Source of the DNA: Gammaproteobacteria bacterium
Lineage (GTDB): Bacteria; Pseudomonadota; Gammaproteobacteria; Steroidobacterales; Rariloculaceae
DNA: 57,300 bases
Reading direction: 5' to 3'
NCBI GenBank assembly: GCA_036443505.1
Contig: JAZFYK010000169.1
Span: forward strand, 1 to 57,300
Shown here: in pieces, positions 1 to 9,082 of the stretch
Numbering within the stretch: position 1 is the first letter of the stretch
Layout of the letters: each line of letters begins with the position of its first letter
Made by a program: the position numbers and the translations under genes
The notes under the pieces: generated by a model
Databases searched by the model: none
What the model saw: the letters and a program-made list of their open reading frames with translations, nothing else
What the model was told of the DNA's origin: nothing

Positions 1-2433
1 ACGATCGTCTCGGTCTTGAGGAGCTCGGCGTCGAATTCAGGCCACGCCGCGTAGGCCAGGGAATCTTCATGTCCTAGTCGTTCCCAGAGTTCCTCCGCGA
101 TGTGAGGCGCGAGCGGCGCCAGAATCAGCACGATTGGTTCCACGACATCACGCGGCAACACGGGCCATTTGGTCGCAGCGTTGGTGAATTCCATTAAAGC
201 CGCGATGGCGGTGTTGAAGTGCAGGCTCTCTATGTCCTCCGTGACCTTCGCGATGGTTCGGTGTAGGGAACGCAACTGTTCAGTCGATGGCGGTGAATCC
301 TGAACGGTCTCGTTCAGTCCGCCGCCATCCTCTGCTGCGACGAGGCGCCAGACTCTGTTCAGAAATCGATGTGTACCCTCGACGCCGCGCGTGTTCCAGG
401 GCTTCACTTGCTCCAGCGGCCCCATGAACATCTCGTAGAGTCGGAAGGCATCCGCGCCGTACGCTGCGATGACCTCGTCCGGAGCCACGACGTTACCGCG
501 GCTCTTGCTCATCTTATGGGCTCTTGCATCCACCCGGACGGTCTCGTCATCTACCAGCACGAAGTGGTCGCCCCGTTTCGTGACGGCCTCGGGATCGACA
601 GTCTCGTCTTGCAGCTCCTGCCCCGAGCGAGAGTCTTTGCCTGAGCGGACATGCTCAGCGGAAACGGATTGGCCTTCGGCGTCCACATATTTCGTGAATT
701 CGAGTTCGCCGAGAATCATGCCCTGGTGTACGAGCTTTTCGAATGGCTCGGGCGAGGGCACGATGCCGGCGTCGTAGAGGACTCTGTGCCAGAAGCGCGC
801 GTAGAGGAGATGAAGGACGGCATGCTCGGCGCCACCGATATAGAGATCGATCGGCAGCCAGTAGCGTGCCTGCTCCTCCGTGACGAGCTGCTGGTCGTTG
901 TCGGGATCGAGGTATCGCAGGTAATACCAACACGAACCGGCCCACTGGGGCATCGTATTGGTCTCCCGACGCGCAGGCTGGCCGGTCTCGGGATCCGTCG
1001 TCTCCAGCCAGTCCTTCGCCGCAGCCAATGGTCCCTCAGGGGAACCACTCGGCTTGAACTCCACAAGCTCCGGCAACGTGACCGGTAGCGCTTCATCCGG
1101 CAGTATCTTCGGCTTGCCGTCGACGAAGATCACCGGGAACGGTTCGCCCCAGTAACGCTGTCGGGAGAATAGCCAGTCGCGCAGTTTATAGTTGACCTTG
1201 GCGGTCCCGTGCCCTTCCGATTCGAGCCACTCGATTATCTTGGTCTTCGCCTCGCCTGTCGTGAGACCGTTCAAGAAATCGCTGTTTACCACTCGGCCGT
1301 CGCCGAGATAGGCTTCGCCGTCGAAACCTTCAGGCGGCTGCACCGTGCGAATAATCGGCAGGTCGAAAGTCTTCGCGAAATCCCAATCTCGTTGATCTTG
1401 ACCTGGCACGGCCATGATCGCGCCGGTCCCATAGCTCGCCAGCACATAATCAGCGATCCACACCGGTATCCGCTCGCCGTTGCCGGGGTTGACGGCGTAG
1501 CCGCCCGTGAACACCCCGGTCTTATTTTTCTGAAGCTCGGCTCGTTCGAACTCGCTCTTGCGTGCGGCCTCTTGCTGGTAGTGTAGGACGGTGGCCTTTT
1601 CGGCGTCGCCGGTCAGGGCGCCGACGAGTGGATGCTCCGGGGCGAGGACCATATAGGTGGCCCCGAACAGCGTGTCGGGGCGCGTCGTGAACACCCGAAT
1701 CGAACCACGCGAGTCCCCTTCGATCTGAAAATCGATCTCGGCGCCTTCGCTGCGACCGATCCAGTTACGCTGCATCTCCTTCGTGCTTTCCGGCCAGTCC
1801 AACCCGTCGAGGCCGTCCAACAGGTCCTCCGCGTAGTCTGTGATTCGTAGCACCCATTGACGCAGCGGGCGTCGAACGCAGGGGAACCCGCCGATATCCG
1901 ACTTGCCGTCGATGACTTCCTCGTTCGCGAGCGTCGTGCCCAGCTCCGGGCACCACCAGACGGGCAACTCTTCCTGATACGCAAGGCCTCGGTTGAAGAG
2001 CTGCTTGAAGATCCATTGCGTCCATTTGTAGTAGCCGGGGTCGGTCGTGTTCACCTCCCGGTCCCAATCGTAGGAGAGCCCGAGCGATTTCAGCTGCTCA
2101 CGAAACCGGGAGATATTCTGCTCGGTGGTGCGCTTCGGGTGCGTACCGGTCTTGAGCGCGTACTGCTCTGCCGGCAAGCCGAACGCGTCCCATCCGATCG
2201 GGTGCAGCACGTTGAAACCCCGCATCCGCTTGTAGCGAGAGACGATATCGGACGCTGTGTAGCCTTCGGGATGTCCAACGTGCAGCCCGTCGCCGCTGGG
2301 ATACGGGAACATATCCAGTGCATAGAACTTCGGGCGAGACGGGTCAATCTCCGCTGGAGTCTTGAAGGTCTTGTTAAGCTCCCAGTAACGTTGCCACTTC
2401 GGCTCTATCTCCTTGAAGGGGTACGCTGCCATC
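1..2433 (-). CDS. leuS: Leucyl-tRNA synthetase, 5' partial in window (C-terminus lies beyond position 1)
   Basis: Not in the ORF track because it runs off the edge. My own translation of the minus strand from the ATG at 2433 gives [24 protein letters not shown]...[20 protein letters not shown]...[10 protein letters not shown]..., with class I HIGH-like and KMSKS motifs. The frame stays open to position 1. Confidence 0.95.
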
Positions 2434-2566
2434 GTCGTCTGCTGTCCTCGATTCGCGCTCCGGCTTCGGAAACGCTTTCCGAGGCGCGATGGTGTCGGAT
2501 GATCTTTGCAAAACCGGTTAGAATCAAGCAGGTGATGTATAGAAACGCAGTCCTGGCTCCGCTTAG

Positions 2567-3097
2567 ATGAGCGCCGCGCATCGGCAGTGCTCCCGCGCGG
2601 TTCTCGCATTCGGTCTGCTGAGTGCCGTCAGCCTGGGCGGCTGTGGGTTCCATCTCGAGGACGCGGGGACGTTGCCCGCAGCGGCGACGATGACCTATAT
2701 AGACGCTGCGAACGCACACACGGAGTTCTACGGCTACCTCAGAGACGCGCTCAGGGCACGCGGCGTGCAGGTTGTGGAGTCTCGACAGGAAGCCGGCGCT
2801 GTACTGAGAATTCTCGAGGATAGCACGGGCCAGCGAATGCTCTCCGTCTCCGCGCAAAATATCCCGCGAGAATTCGAGGTGTTCTACGCCGTCACCTTCT
2901 CCTTCGAGTCTGAGGGCGAGAGTCCGATCGAGGCGCAATCTCTCGTCGCGACACGCAGCTATACCTACGACGAGACGCTTGTTCTGGGCAAGAGCCTCGA
3001 AGAGACGGAACTGCGTGAGGCCCTGGCAGAGGATCTGGCGCGGCAGATTCTACGGCGCATCGAAGCGAATAGCGGACGTGTCGTAGCCGTCCAGTAG
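2567..3097 (+). CDS. lptE: LPS-assembly lipoprotein LptE (RlpB)
   Basis: Lipobox [10 protein letters not shown] directly after a signal peptide; size of 176 aa; position next to leuS and the holA region as in other gammaproteobacteria. Confidence 0.8.
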   Translation: MSAAHRQCSRAVLAFGLLSAVSLGGCGFHLEDAGTLPAAATMTYIDAANAHTEFYGYLRDALRARGVQVVESRQEAGAVLRILEDSTGQRMLSVSAQNIPREFEVFYAVTFSFESEGESPIEAQSLVATRSYTYDETLVLGKSLEETELREALAEDLARQILRRIEANSGRVVAVQ

Positions 3098-3123
3098 AAG
3101 CGAGGGCCTCGTCGCGATTCTTA
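3094..3123. repeat. REP-like hairpin unit (GTAGAAGCGAGGGCCTCGTCGCGATTCTTA), related to the units at 40870 and 51835
   Basis: 23 of 25 core positions match GTAGGAGCGACGGCCTCGTCGCGAT at 40870. Internal stem GCGAGG/CGTCGC around a GCCT loop. It fills the whole gap between the convergent lptE and hisI genes and contains both stop codons. Confidence 0.45.
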
Positions 3124-3591
3124 CAGTTTGGTCGGATTGGGCGCGTCCCCATAAACGGCCTTCGGGTCGAATACTTTCTCACGCTCCGTGAATTCGAGCG
3201 GCTGGGTCGTGCCGCCAGGCTCGATGGCGATACGACGATAGAAACAGGATCGGTACCCGACGTGACAACTGGCGCCACCGGCGACCTCGACCTTTAACCA
3301 GACACAGTCCTGGTCATCGTCGATCATGAGTTCCTTTACGGTTTGCACGAGCCCACTCGTGGCGCCTTTGTGCCACAGCACGCCACGACTCCTGCTGTAA
3401 TAGTGAGCCTCCCCGGTCTCTATGGTCTTCTGCAAGGCCTCTGCATTCATGTAGGCATGCATGAGCAATTCTCCGGAGCGATAGTCCGTGGTGACGGCAG
3501 GGATCAGGCCGTCCGCGTCAAATCCTGGCGCTAACGCCGTCCCTTCCTCGACCTGCTCCACGCTGGTCCTGGGGGCGAATTCCTGACTCAT
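3121..3591 (-). CDS. hisI: Phosphoribosyl-AMP cyclohydrolase (monofunctional HisI)
   Basis: [25 protein letters not shown]...WHKGATSG...[27 protein letters not shown] is the typical PRA-CH core with its Cys cluster. Confidence 0.9.
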   Translation of the reverse strand: MSQEFAPRTSVEQVEEGTALAPGFDADGLIPAVTTDYRSGELLMHAYMNAEALQKTIETGEAHYYSRSRGVLWHKGATSGLVQTVKELMIDDDQDCVWLKVEVAGGASCHVGYRSCFYRRIAIEPGGTTQPLEFTEREKVFDPKAVYGDAPNPTKL

Positions 3592-3752
3592 GGCACACGA
3601 TCCGGTTCTGCGGGCAGAAGATTATAAGCCAGCCTGCTCGCAATCGGATCTCATTGTTACCTGCAACCCTGGCGAGCGCGGCCGGATCGGGCATCCTTGT
3701 TATCATAGGCCGCTCCGTCAGTAGATCGAGAAACGCGGCAACGCACCGTCGA

Positions 3753-5150
3753 ATGGCCCTTTACCTCCACAACACGTTGAGCCGGACCCGGGAACTGTTC
3801 GAGCCCGACGACCCGAAGCGCGTCACGATGTACGTTTGCGGCCCCACGGTGTACAACTTTTCCCACATCGGCAATGCCAGGCCGCCCGTCGTCTTCGACG
3901 TTCTCGCGCGCGTTCTACGCCGATCCTATGAACTGGTCTACGCCAGTAACGTCACGGACGTCGACGACAGGATCAATGCGGCCGCCAGGGCTGAGAACGT
4001 CGAGATCGGCGTGTTGACCGCGCGTTATCTCACTGCCTACCTGGAGGACATGGCGCTTCTCGGCGTGCAGCCGCCGGACCTGGCACCTCGAGTTACCGAG
4101 CACATCCCGCAGATTATCAACCTCATCGAGCGATTGGTGGCAGCGGGTCATGGGTACGAGGCCGAGGAGCACGTTCTGTTTTCGGTGGCGAGTTTCCCTC
4201 GGTACGGCCATCTTTCCGGGCGGGCTGTGGACGAATTGATCGCCGGGGCACGTGTGGATGTTGCGTCTTACAAGCGGGACGCGGCGGATTTCGTCTTGTG
4301 GAAGCCATCCGCGGAGGACGTCGTGGGCTGGGACAGCCCCTGGGGGCGTGGCCGGCCGGGCTGGCACGTCGAGTGCTCGGCGATGGCGGAAGCTCATCTC
4401 GGCGAGACGATCGACATCCACGGTGGCGGTCAGGATCTGGTATTTCCTCACCACGAGAACGAGACGGCGCAGAGCACCTGCGTTCATGCGGGCCGCCTGT
4501 TCTGCCGCTATTGGATTCACAACGGGCTCGTACACGTCGAGAGCGAGAAAATGTCGAAGTCCGTCGGCAACGTTCTTCTAATCCGGGATTTGCTCAGCGA
4601 GGCGCCGCCGGAAGCTATTCGATTAGGCCTCTTGACGGCCCATTATCGGCAGCCGCTGGATTGGACGGCCGGCGTCCTCAGTGAAGCCCGGCAGAAGCTC
4701 GACAGAATGTACGGTGCGCTCCGTGCCGCCGGCGTGAATGGTGCGCAACAGGATGATCCCGACGAGCCGCCGCCTGCGGCGGTCGTCGACGCGCTGGATG
4801 ACGACCTCAACACACCTCGGGCCCTGGCGGCGTTATTCGATCTGGCACGAGAGGCGAATCGCGAAACGGATCCCGCGCGACGTTTGAAAACTGCCACGGC
4901 GTTGCGTGCGGGCGCGGGCCTCCTGGGATTGCTAGGGGCGGATCCCGAGGCCTGGTTCGTCGACTCCGAGGCGTCCGGACCGCCCGGATCGCTCGAAGCC
5001 GCCGAGATTGACGAGCTCGTGAGCCGGCGTGAGCGGCTCCGAAAGGAGCGAGACTTCGCCGAAGCGGATCGAATCAGGGCTCAGCTTGAGAAAGCAAGCA
5101 TAGTGATAGAGGATAGCCCGGAAGGCCCTCGCTGGCGGCGGGCACGTTAA
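3753..5150 (+). CDS. cysS: Cysteinyl-tRNA synthetase
   Basis: MALYLHNTLSRTRELFEP..VTMYVCGPTVYNFSHIGNARP (HIGH-type motif) and EKMSKSVGN. The ORF-track start at 3654 is trimmed to the ATG at 3753, which gives the canonical N-terminus. Confidence 0.95.
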   Translation: MALYLHNTLSRTRELFEPDDPKRVTMYVCGPTVYNFSHIGNARPPVVFDVLARVLRRSYELVYASNVTDVDDRINAAARAENVEIGVLTARYLTAYLEDMALLGVQPPDLAPRVTEHIPQIINLIERLVAAGHGYEAEEHVLFSVASFPRYGHLSGRAVDELIAGARVDVASYKRDAADFVLWKPSAEDVVGWDSPWGRGRPGWHVECSAMAEAHLGETIDIHGGGQDLVFPHHENETAQSTCVHAGRLFCRYWIHNGLVHVESEKMSKSVGNVLLIRDLLSEAPPEAIRLGLLTAHYRQPLDWTAGVLSEARQKLDRMYGALRAAGVNGAQQDDPDEPPPAAVVDALDDDLNTPRALAALFDLAREANRETDPARRLKTATALRAGAGLLGLLGADPEAWFVDSEASGPPGSLEAAEIDELVSRRERLRKERDFAEADRIRAQLEKASIVIEDSPEGPRWRRAR

Positions 5151-5153
5151 GAC

Positions 5154-5423
5154 ATGAGCAAGCTATCGAACACATTCGCGCACATCGTGGTCGGCCTGAT
5201 CCGAGCGTATCAGTATCTGCTCTCGCCGTGGTTGGGCCCGCATTGCAGGTACTCGCCGAGCTGCTCCGAGTATGCGGTCCAGGCGATCCGGCTGCACGGT
5301 TCCCTGCGTGGCGGTTGGCTTACGATCAAGCGCCTCGCGCGTTGTCATCCGTGGGCGACGTCTGGCTACGACCCCGTCCCGAGCAGTCGATCCGACAGCC
5401 GGCAGAGGACCGTCCTTGATTAG
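5154..5423 (+). CDS. yidD: Membrane protein insertion efficiency factor YidD
   Basis: [31 protein letters not shown]...RLARCHPW is the YidD signature. Confidence 0.9.
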   Translation: MSKLSNTFAHIVVGLIRAYQYLLSPWLGPHCRYSPSCSEYAVQAIRLHGSLRGGWLTIKRLARCHPWATSGYDPVPSSRSDSRQRTVLD

Positions 5424-5431
5424 GGCTCGCT

Positions 5432-5698
5432 GTGAGTTTCGATAAGGCTCTGCTGGACATCATTTGTTGCCCCGTGACCCGCTTGCCGATGCAGGCCATG
5501 TCGGCCGGTGCGCTGGCGAAGCTGAATGGCCTGATTCAGGAGCAGAAGATCAGAAATCGCGATGACGACGTCGTGACGGAGGAGCTCCAGGAGGCGCTCG
5601 TCACGGACGACGGCAAGATTGCGTATCCTGTCGTGGACGGAATTCCAGTGCTGTTGGAAGAGCGGGGGATATCTCTCTCACAGCTCGATGCCCTGTAA
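5432..5698 (+). CDS. Trm112/YcaR-like small zinc-ribbon-like protein (UPF0434 type)
   Basis: LLDIICCPVTRLPM at the N-terminus and YPVVDGIPVLLEE near the C-terminus; 88 aa; GTG start. Confidence 0.7.
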   Translation: MSFDKALLDIICCPVTRLPMQAMSAGALAKLNGLIQEQKIRNRDDDVVTEELQEALVTDDGKIAYPVVDGIPVLLEERGISLSQLDAL

Positions 5699-5707
5699 GA
5701 GCGGTCG

Positions 5708-6739
5708 GTGAAGATCGCCGCGCGTCAACTTTCAGCCCACCTGACTAAAACCCTCGCGCCCGTGTATCTCGTCGCGGGTGACGAACCGTTGGTGGTAGCG
5801 GAGGCCCTCGACTCGATACGGACGCGCGCCCGTCAGAGCGGCTTCGAACACAGAGATCTGGTCGTCGTCGAACGCGGCTTCAAGTGGGCAGACTTGGAGA
5901 GTGATGCGGACAATCTGTCGTTGTTTGCGACTCGCCGCATCCTGGAGCTGCGACTCGCGAGTCCTCGCCCTGGCGAGGCAGGTGGGAAAACTATTCGCTC
6001 CCTGGTAGAGAGGCCCGATCCCGATCGTCTACTCTTGATCGCCACGACTAAACTCGACTCGGCGGCCTCGAAAAGCGTTTGGGTGAAAACCATCGAGACG
6101 AACGGGATCGTCGTGCAGGCCTGGCCGATCGAGCGGCGCGAGCTGCCGAGGTGGATACAGGAGCGTGCCGGCCGTGCCCAGCTGAGACTGTCTGCGGGTG
6201 CCGCGGAGCTTCTGGCGGATCGAATCGAGGGCAACCTGCTGGCGGCCGACCAGGAGATCCGGAAACTAGCGCTCCTGCTGGGCGAGGGCAGTGTCGACGA
6301 GCGGATGGTGGTGGAGGCCGTCGCCAGCAATACGCGCTTCGATGTATTCAGGCTGGCCGACGCGATACTGGCCGGTAATGCGAATCGCTCGATCACGGTG
6401 CTGGACGGCCTGCGAGCGGAGGGCATTGAGCCCACTCTGGTATCATGGGCGTTGAGCCGAGAGCTCTGCCTGCTGACTCGTTTGAAGACAGCGGCGCTGC
6501 AAGGCGATAGTGAAGAGCGAGCGTTCTCCAGACACCGTGTATGGCCCCGGCGTCGGCCGCTCGTGAAAAAAGCGTTGCAGCGATATCGGTTACGCCAGCT
6601 CACGGCCCTACTGGCTCAAGCCGCGGAGGTCGATCATGTCATCAAAGGTGTCAACCAGGGGCGGCCTTGGGACGGGCTAACGCAGCTCGTCATGGCGATG
6701 TTGGCTTCCGATCATCTGAGACCGGGCCGCGCGGCTTGA
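5708..6739 (+). CDS. holA: DNA polymerase III delta subunit
   Basis: 343 aa. The N-terminus reads LSAHLTKTLAPVYLVAGDEPLVVAEALDSIR. Position immediately upstream of nadD-rsfS-rlmH. Confidence 0.85.
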   Translation: MKIAARQLSAHLTKTLAPVYLVAGDEPLVVAEALDSIRTRARQSGFEHRDLVVVERGFKWADLESDADNLSLFATRRILELRLASPRPGEAGGKTIRSLVERPDPDRLLLIATTKLDSAASKSVWVKTIETNGIVVQAWPIERRELPRWIQERAGRAQLRLSAGAAELLADRIEGNLLAADQEIRKLALLLGEGSVDERMVVEAVASNTRFDVFRLADAILAGNANRSITVLDGLRAEGIEPTLVSWALSRELCLLTRLKTAALQGDSEERAFSRHRVWPRRRPLVKKALQRYRLRQLTALLAQAAEVDHVIKGVNQGRPWDGLTQLVMAMLASDHLRPGRAA

Positions 6740-6761
6740 CGAGGAGTGACTGATTTCGCGT

Positions 6762-7403
6762 ATGGGTCCAATCGGAATCTTTGGCGGAACCTTCGACCCA
6801 ATCCACTATGGTCATCTGCGCACAGCACTCGAGGTGCTGCAACGCCTGTCCCTGAAGGAAGTCTGTTTCGTTCCCTGTGCAGAGCCGCCGCACCGTGACG
6901 CGACGACGGTTCCAGGCGTATCCAGGCTCGACATGGTAAGGGCGGCCGTAGCCGACCAACCGTCTTTCGTAGTGGATGACCGGGAATTCAAGCGGGAAGG
7001 CCCGTCCTATTCAGTCGATACGCTCGGCAGCCTGCGAAATGAGAATCCCACGATTTCTCTATGCCTTCTGATGGGCATGGATTCGTTTCTCGGACTTCCG
7101 GGCTGGCATCGCTGGGAAGAGATTACGGATCTCGCCCACATCGTCGTCGCTCATCGACCAGGATGGCGGGTACCCGAAGATGGCGCGCTCGGAGAGCTGC
7201 TGCGCGAGCGCGGCACCGACGAGGTGGCGAGCCTGCACGACGGTATGTGTGGACGCGTATTCGTCACGCCCGTGACTCAGCTCGAGATCTCGGCGACGGA
7301 GTTGAGAGCTTCGCTGATCGCCGGAGTCGATCCCAAGTACCTGATACCGGAGAGTGTAAGGAAGATCATTATCGAGTCGGGGTGCTATGTCGAAGACCGC
7401 TAA
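6762..7403 (+). CDS. nadD: Nicotinate-nucleotide adenylyltransferase
   Basis: GIFGGTFDPIHYGHL nucleotidyltransferase motif; 213 aa. Confidence 0.9.
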   Translation: MGPIGIFGGTFDPIHYGHLRTALEVLQRLSLKEVCFVPCAEPPHRDATTVPGVSRLDMVRAAVADQPSFVVDDREFKREGPSYSVDTLGSLRNENPTISLCLLMGMDSFLGLPGWHRWEEITDLAHIVVAHRPGWRVPEDGALGELLRERGTDEVASLHDGMCGRVFVTPVTQLEISATELRASLIAGVDPKYLIPESVRKIIIESGCYVEDR

Positions 7404-7764
7404 TAACAAACCGAGGCCCGAGGAACTGCTCGTCAAGCTCGTTGTTGGCGTACTGGACGATCTTAAAGCCGAGGCGGTCACCTGTTTGGACGTCAGGCAT
7501 CTCACCTCTGTGACCGATGTCATGATTATTGCGAACGGTCGGTCCGCTCGCCATGTACGCGCCGTTGCAGCCGCGATCGTCGAGCGGTGCAAGGAGAACG
7601 ACTATCGCGCCGTTGGAGTCGAGGGGCAGGAGAGTGGAAAGTGGGTACTCGTCGACCTCGCGGATGTCGTCGTGCACGTGATGCAGCCGACGGTCAGGGA
7701 GTTCTACGACCTGGAGAAGCTCTGGGATATCGATCACCTCGAGGACGCGGAAGAATCTCTCTAG
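7387..7764 (+). CDS. rsfS: Ribosomal silencing factor RsfS
   Basis: 125 aa; DVMIIANGRSARHVRAVA...WVLVDLADVVVHVMQPTVREFYDLEKLW; overlaps the nadD end by 17 nt. Confidence 0.9.
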   Translation: MSKTANNKPRPEELLVKLVVGVLDDLKAEAVTCLDVRHLTSVTDVMIIANGRSARHVRAVAAAIVERCKENDYRAVGVEGQESGKWVLVDLADVVVHVMQPTVREFYDLEKLWDIDHLEDAEESL

Positions 7765-7798
7765 GTGCCACGAGTTCCCCTTTGGATTGTGATAAATC

Positions 7799-8269
7799 AT
7801 GCGTATCCTCGTGATCGCCGCCGGCAATCGGCAGCCCGCCTGGGTTGACGAAGGCTTTAACGATTACGCTCGTCGCCTGCGGGGCAGTTGTACGCTGGAG
7901 TTGATCGAGGTCCCCCTCGGGCGTCGGTCCAAGTCTTCCTCGAACAAAAAGGCTCAGACCGACGAGGGCGAGCGCATGCGTCGTGCAATCCCGCCGAAGG
8001 CCCACGTGGTTGCTCTGAGTCTCGCCGGCCGGTCGTGGTCGACGGAGCAGCTGGCGGGACGTTTACAGTACTGGACGACGTTGGGCGCTCCGGTCTGTCT
8101 GCTGGTCGGGGGGCCCGACGGGCTCTCGGGGGAGTGCGAAGCGCGCGCCGCCGAACAGTGGTCGATTTCGCCCCTCACGTTCCCGCACGGCCTGGTCCGC
8201 GTGCTGCTCGCCGAAGCGCTCTATCGGGCGTGGAGCCTCAATGAGGGGCATCCCTACCACCGCGGCTAG
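7799..8269 (+). CDS. rlmH: 23S rRNA (pseudouridine1915-N3)-methyltransferase RlmH
   Basis: 156 aa; SPOUT C-terminus LLVGGPDGLS...SISPLTFPHGLVRVLLAEALYRAWSLNEGHPYHR. Confidence 0.9.
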   Translation: MRILVIAAGNRQPAWVDEGFNDYARRLRGSCTLELIEVPLGRRSKSSSNKKAQTDEGERMRRAIPPKAHVVALSLAGRSWSTEQLAGRLQYWTTLGAPVCLLVGGPDGLSGECEARAAEQWSISPLTFPHGLVRVLLAEALYRAWSLNEGHPYHRG

Positions 8270-8290
8270 CTTTCTCACTTTCGCAATGGT

Positions 8291-8424
8291 CGCACCCGGA
8301 TAGTTCTTGCGAGCGTCGTGGGCGAGGAGCGTGCCAGGGACGGCCTAAAGTGACGAGCTCACGATTCGAGACGAGCCATGGACGGCGAGGCGAGATTTAG
8401 TCTTGCAAGAGCTATCTGGGTGCG
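8291..8424. repeat. MITE-like palindromic-ended element, copy A (134 bp)
   Basis: Collinear with 40981..41114 with no indels; about 15 mismatches in 134 nt by eye. The termini CGCACCCGGATAGTTCTTGCGAG and TCTTGCAAGAGCTATCTGGGTGCG form an imperfect inverted repeat of about 23 bp. No ORF inside. Confidence 0.7.
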
Positions 8425-8473
8425 CCCCCCTTGCTGAAGCGGCGAGGCCACGATTCGGGGTATATTCCATTGA

Positions 8474-9082
8474 ATGAGAAGGGATTTCATCTACCTCGCC
8501 TCGGCATCACCGCGGCGCCGCGCGCTGCTTGAGCAGATCGGCGTGCCTTTCGAGGCGCGGCCCGCGGAGGTCAGCGAAGCCCGGCGGCCCCGCGAGCGTC
8601 CCGGCGCCTACGTGACCCGCCTCGCGCGCGAGAAGGCTGACAAGATCTGGGACGACGTGGCAGCCAGCCTGGCTCGGCCGGTCCTCGCCGCCGATACGGC
8701 CGTCGTCATCGACCGGCGGGTCCTCGGTAAGCCGCGGGATACCGACGAGGCACTGCAGATGCTGGCCGACCTCTCGGGCAGGAGCCACAGTGTCCTGACC
8801 GCGGTCGTCGTTCGACACGGCGGGCGGGTCTCGAGCGAGCTTAGCACCAGCAAAGTGCGATTTCGGGCGACGACAGAGCAGGAACGGCTGGCGTACTGTG
8901 CGACGGGAGAGCCGTTGGGCAAGGCCGGCAGCTATGCCATACAAGGGATGGGCGGCATATTTATAGAGCATATCAGTGGCAGCTATTCTTCCGTAATGGG
9001 GTTGCCAGTCGCAGTGACCGCTCTCCTGCTCCAGGACTTCGGCTTTCCAACCTGGCTGCATACCACTGAGAGACCGGCATGA
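8474..9082 (+). CDS. maf: Maf-like nucleoside triphosphate pyrophosphatase
   Basis: YLASASPRRRALLEQIGVPF...AADTAVV...GKAGSYAIQG; followed by rng and yhdP as in E. coli yhdE-rng-yhdP. Confidence 0.9.
   Translation: MRRDFIYLASASPRRRALLEQIGVPFEARPAEVSEARRPRERPGAYVTRLAREKADKIWDDVAASLARPVLAADTAVVIDRRVLGKPRDTDEALQMLADLSGRSHSVLTAVVVRHGGRVSSELSTSKVRFRATTEQERLAYCATGEPLGKAGSYAIQGMGGIFIEHISGSYSSVMGLPVAVTALLLQDFGFPTWLHTTERPA

Noticed and set aside
2434-2566. Looked for a clear sigma70 promoter pair or leader in the divergent leuS/lptE spacer (TTGCAA and TAGAAT hexamers are present).
   Set aside because: The hexamer spacing does not fit (7 nt, or a weak -35 at 17 nt), so there is not enough support to call a promoter.
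5833-6603. Long antisense or alternative-frame ORFs. Examples: 5833..6603(-), 1857..2570(+), 18553..19407(+), 38705..39526(-), 41135..41980(+), 46655..47449(+), 51058..51858(-) and 55379..55957(-).
   Set aside because: All lie inside or opposite well-supported genes and have Arg/Ser/Pro/Ala-heavy low-complexity composition typical of spurious frames in high-GC DNA. None shows a recognisable motif.
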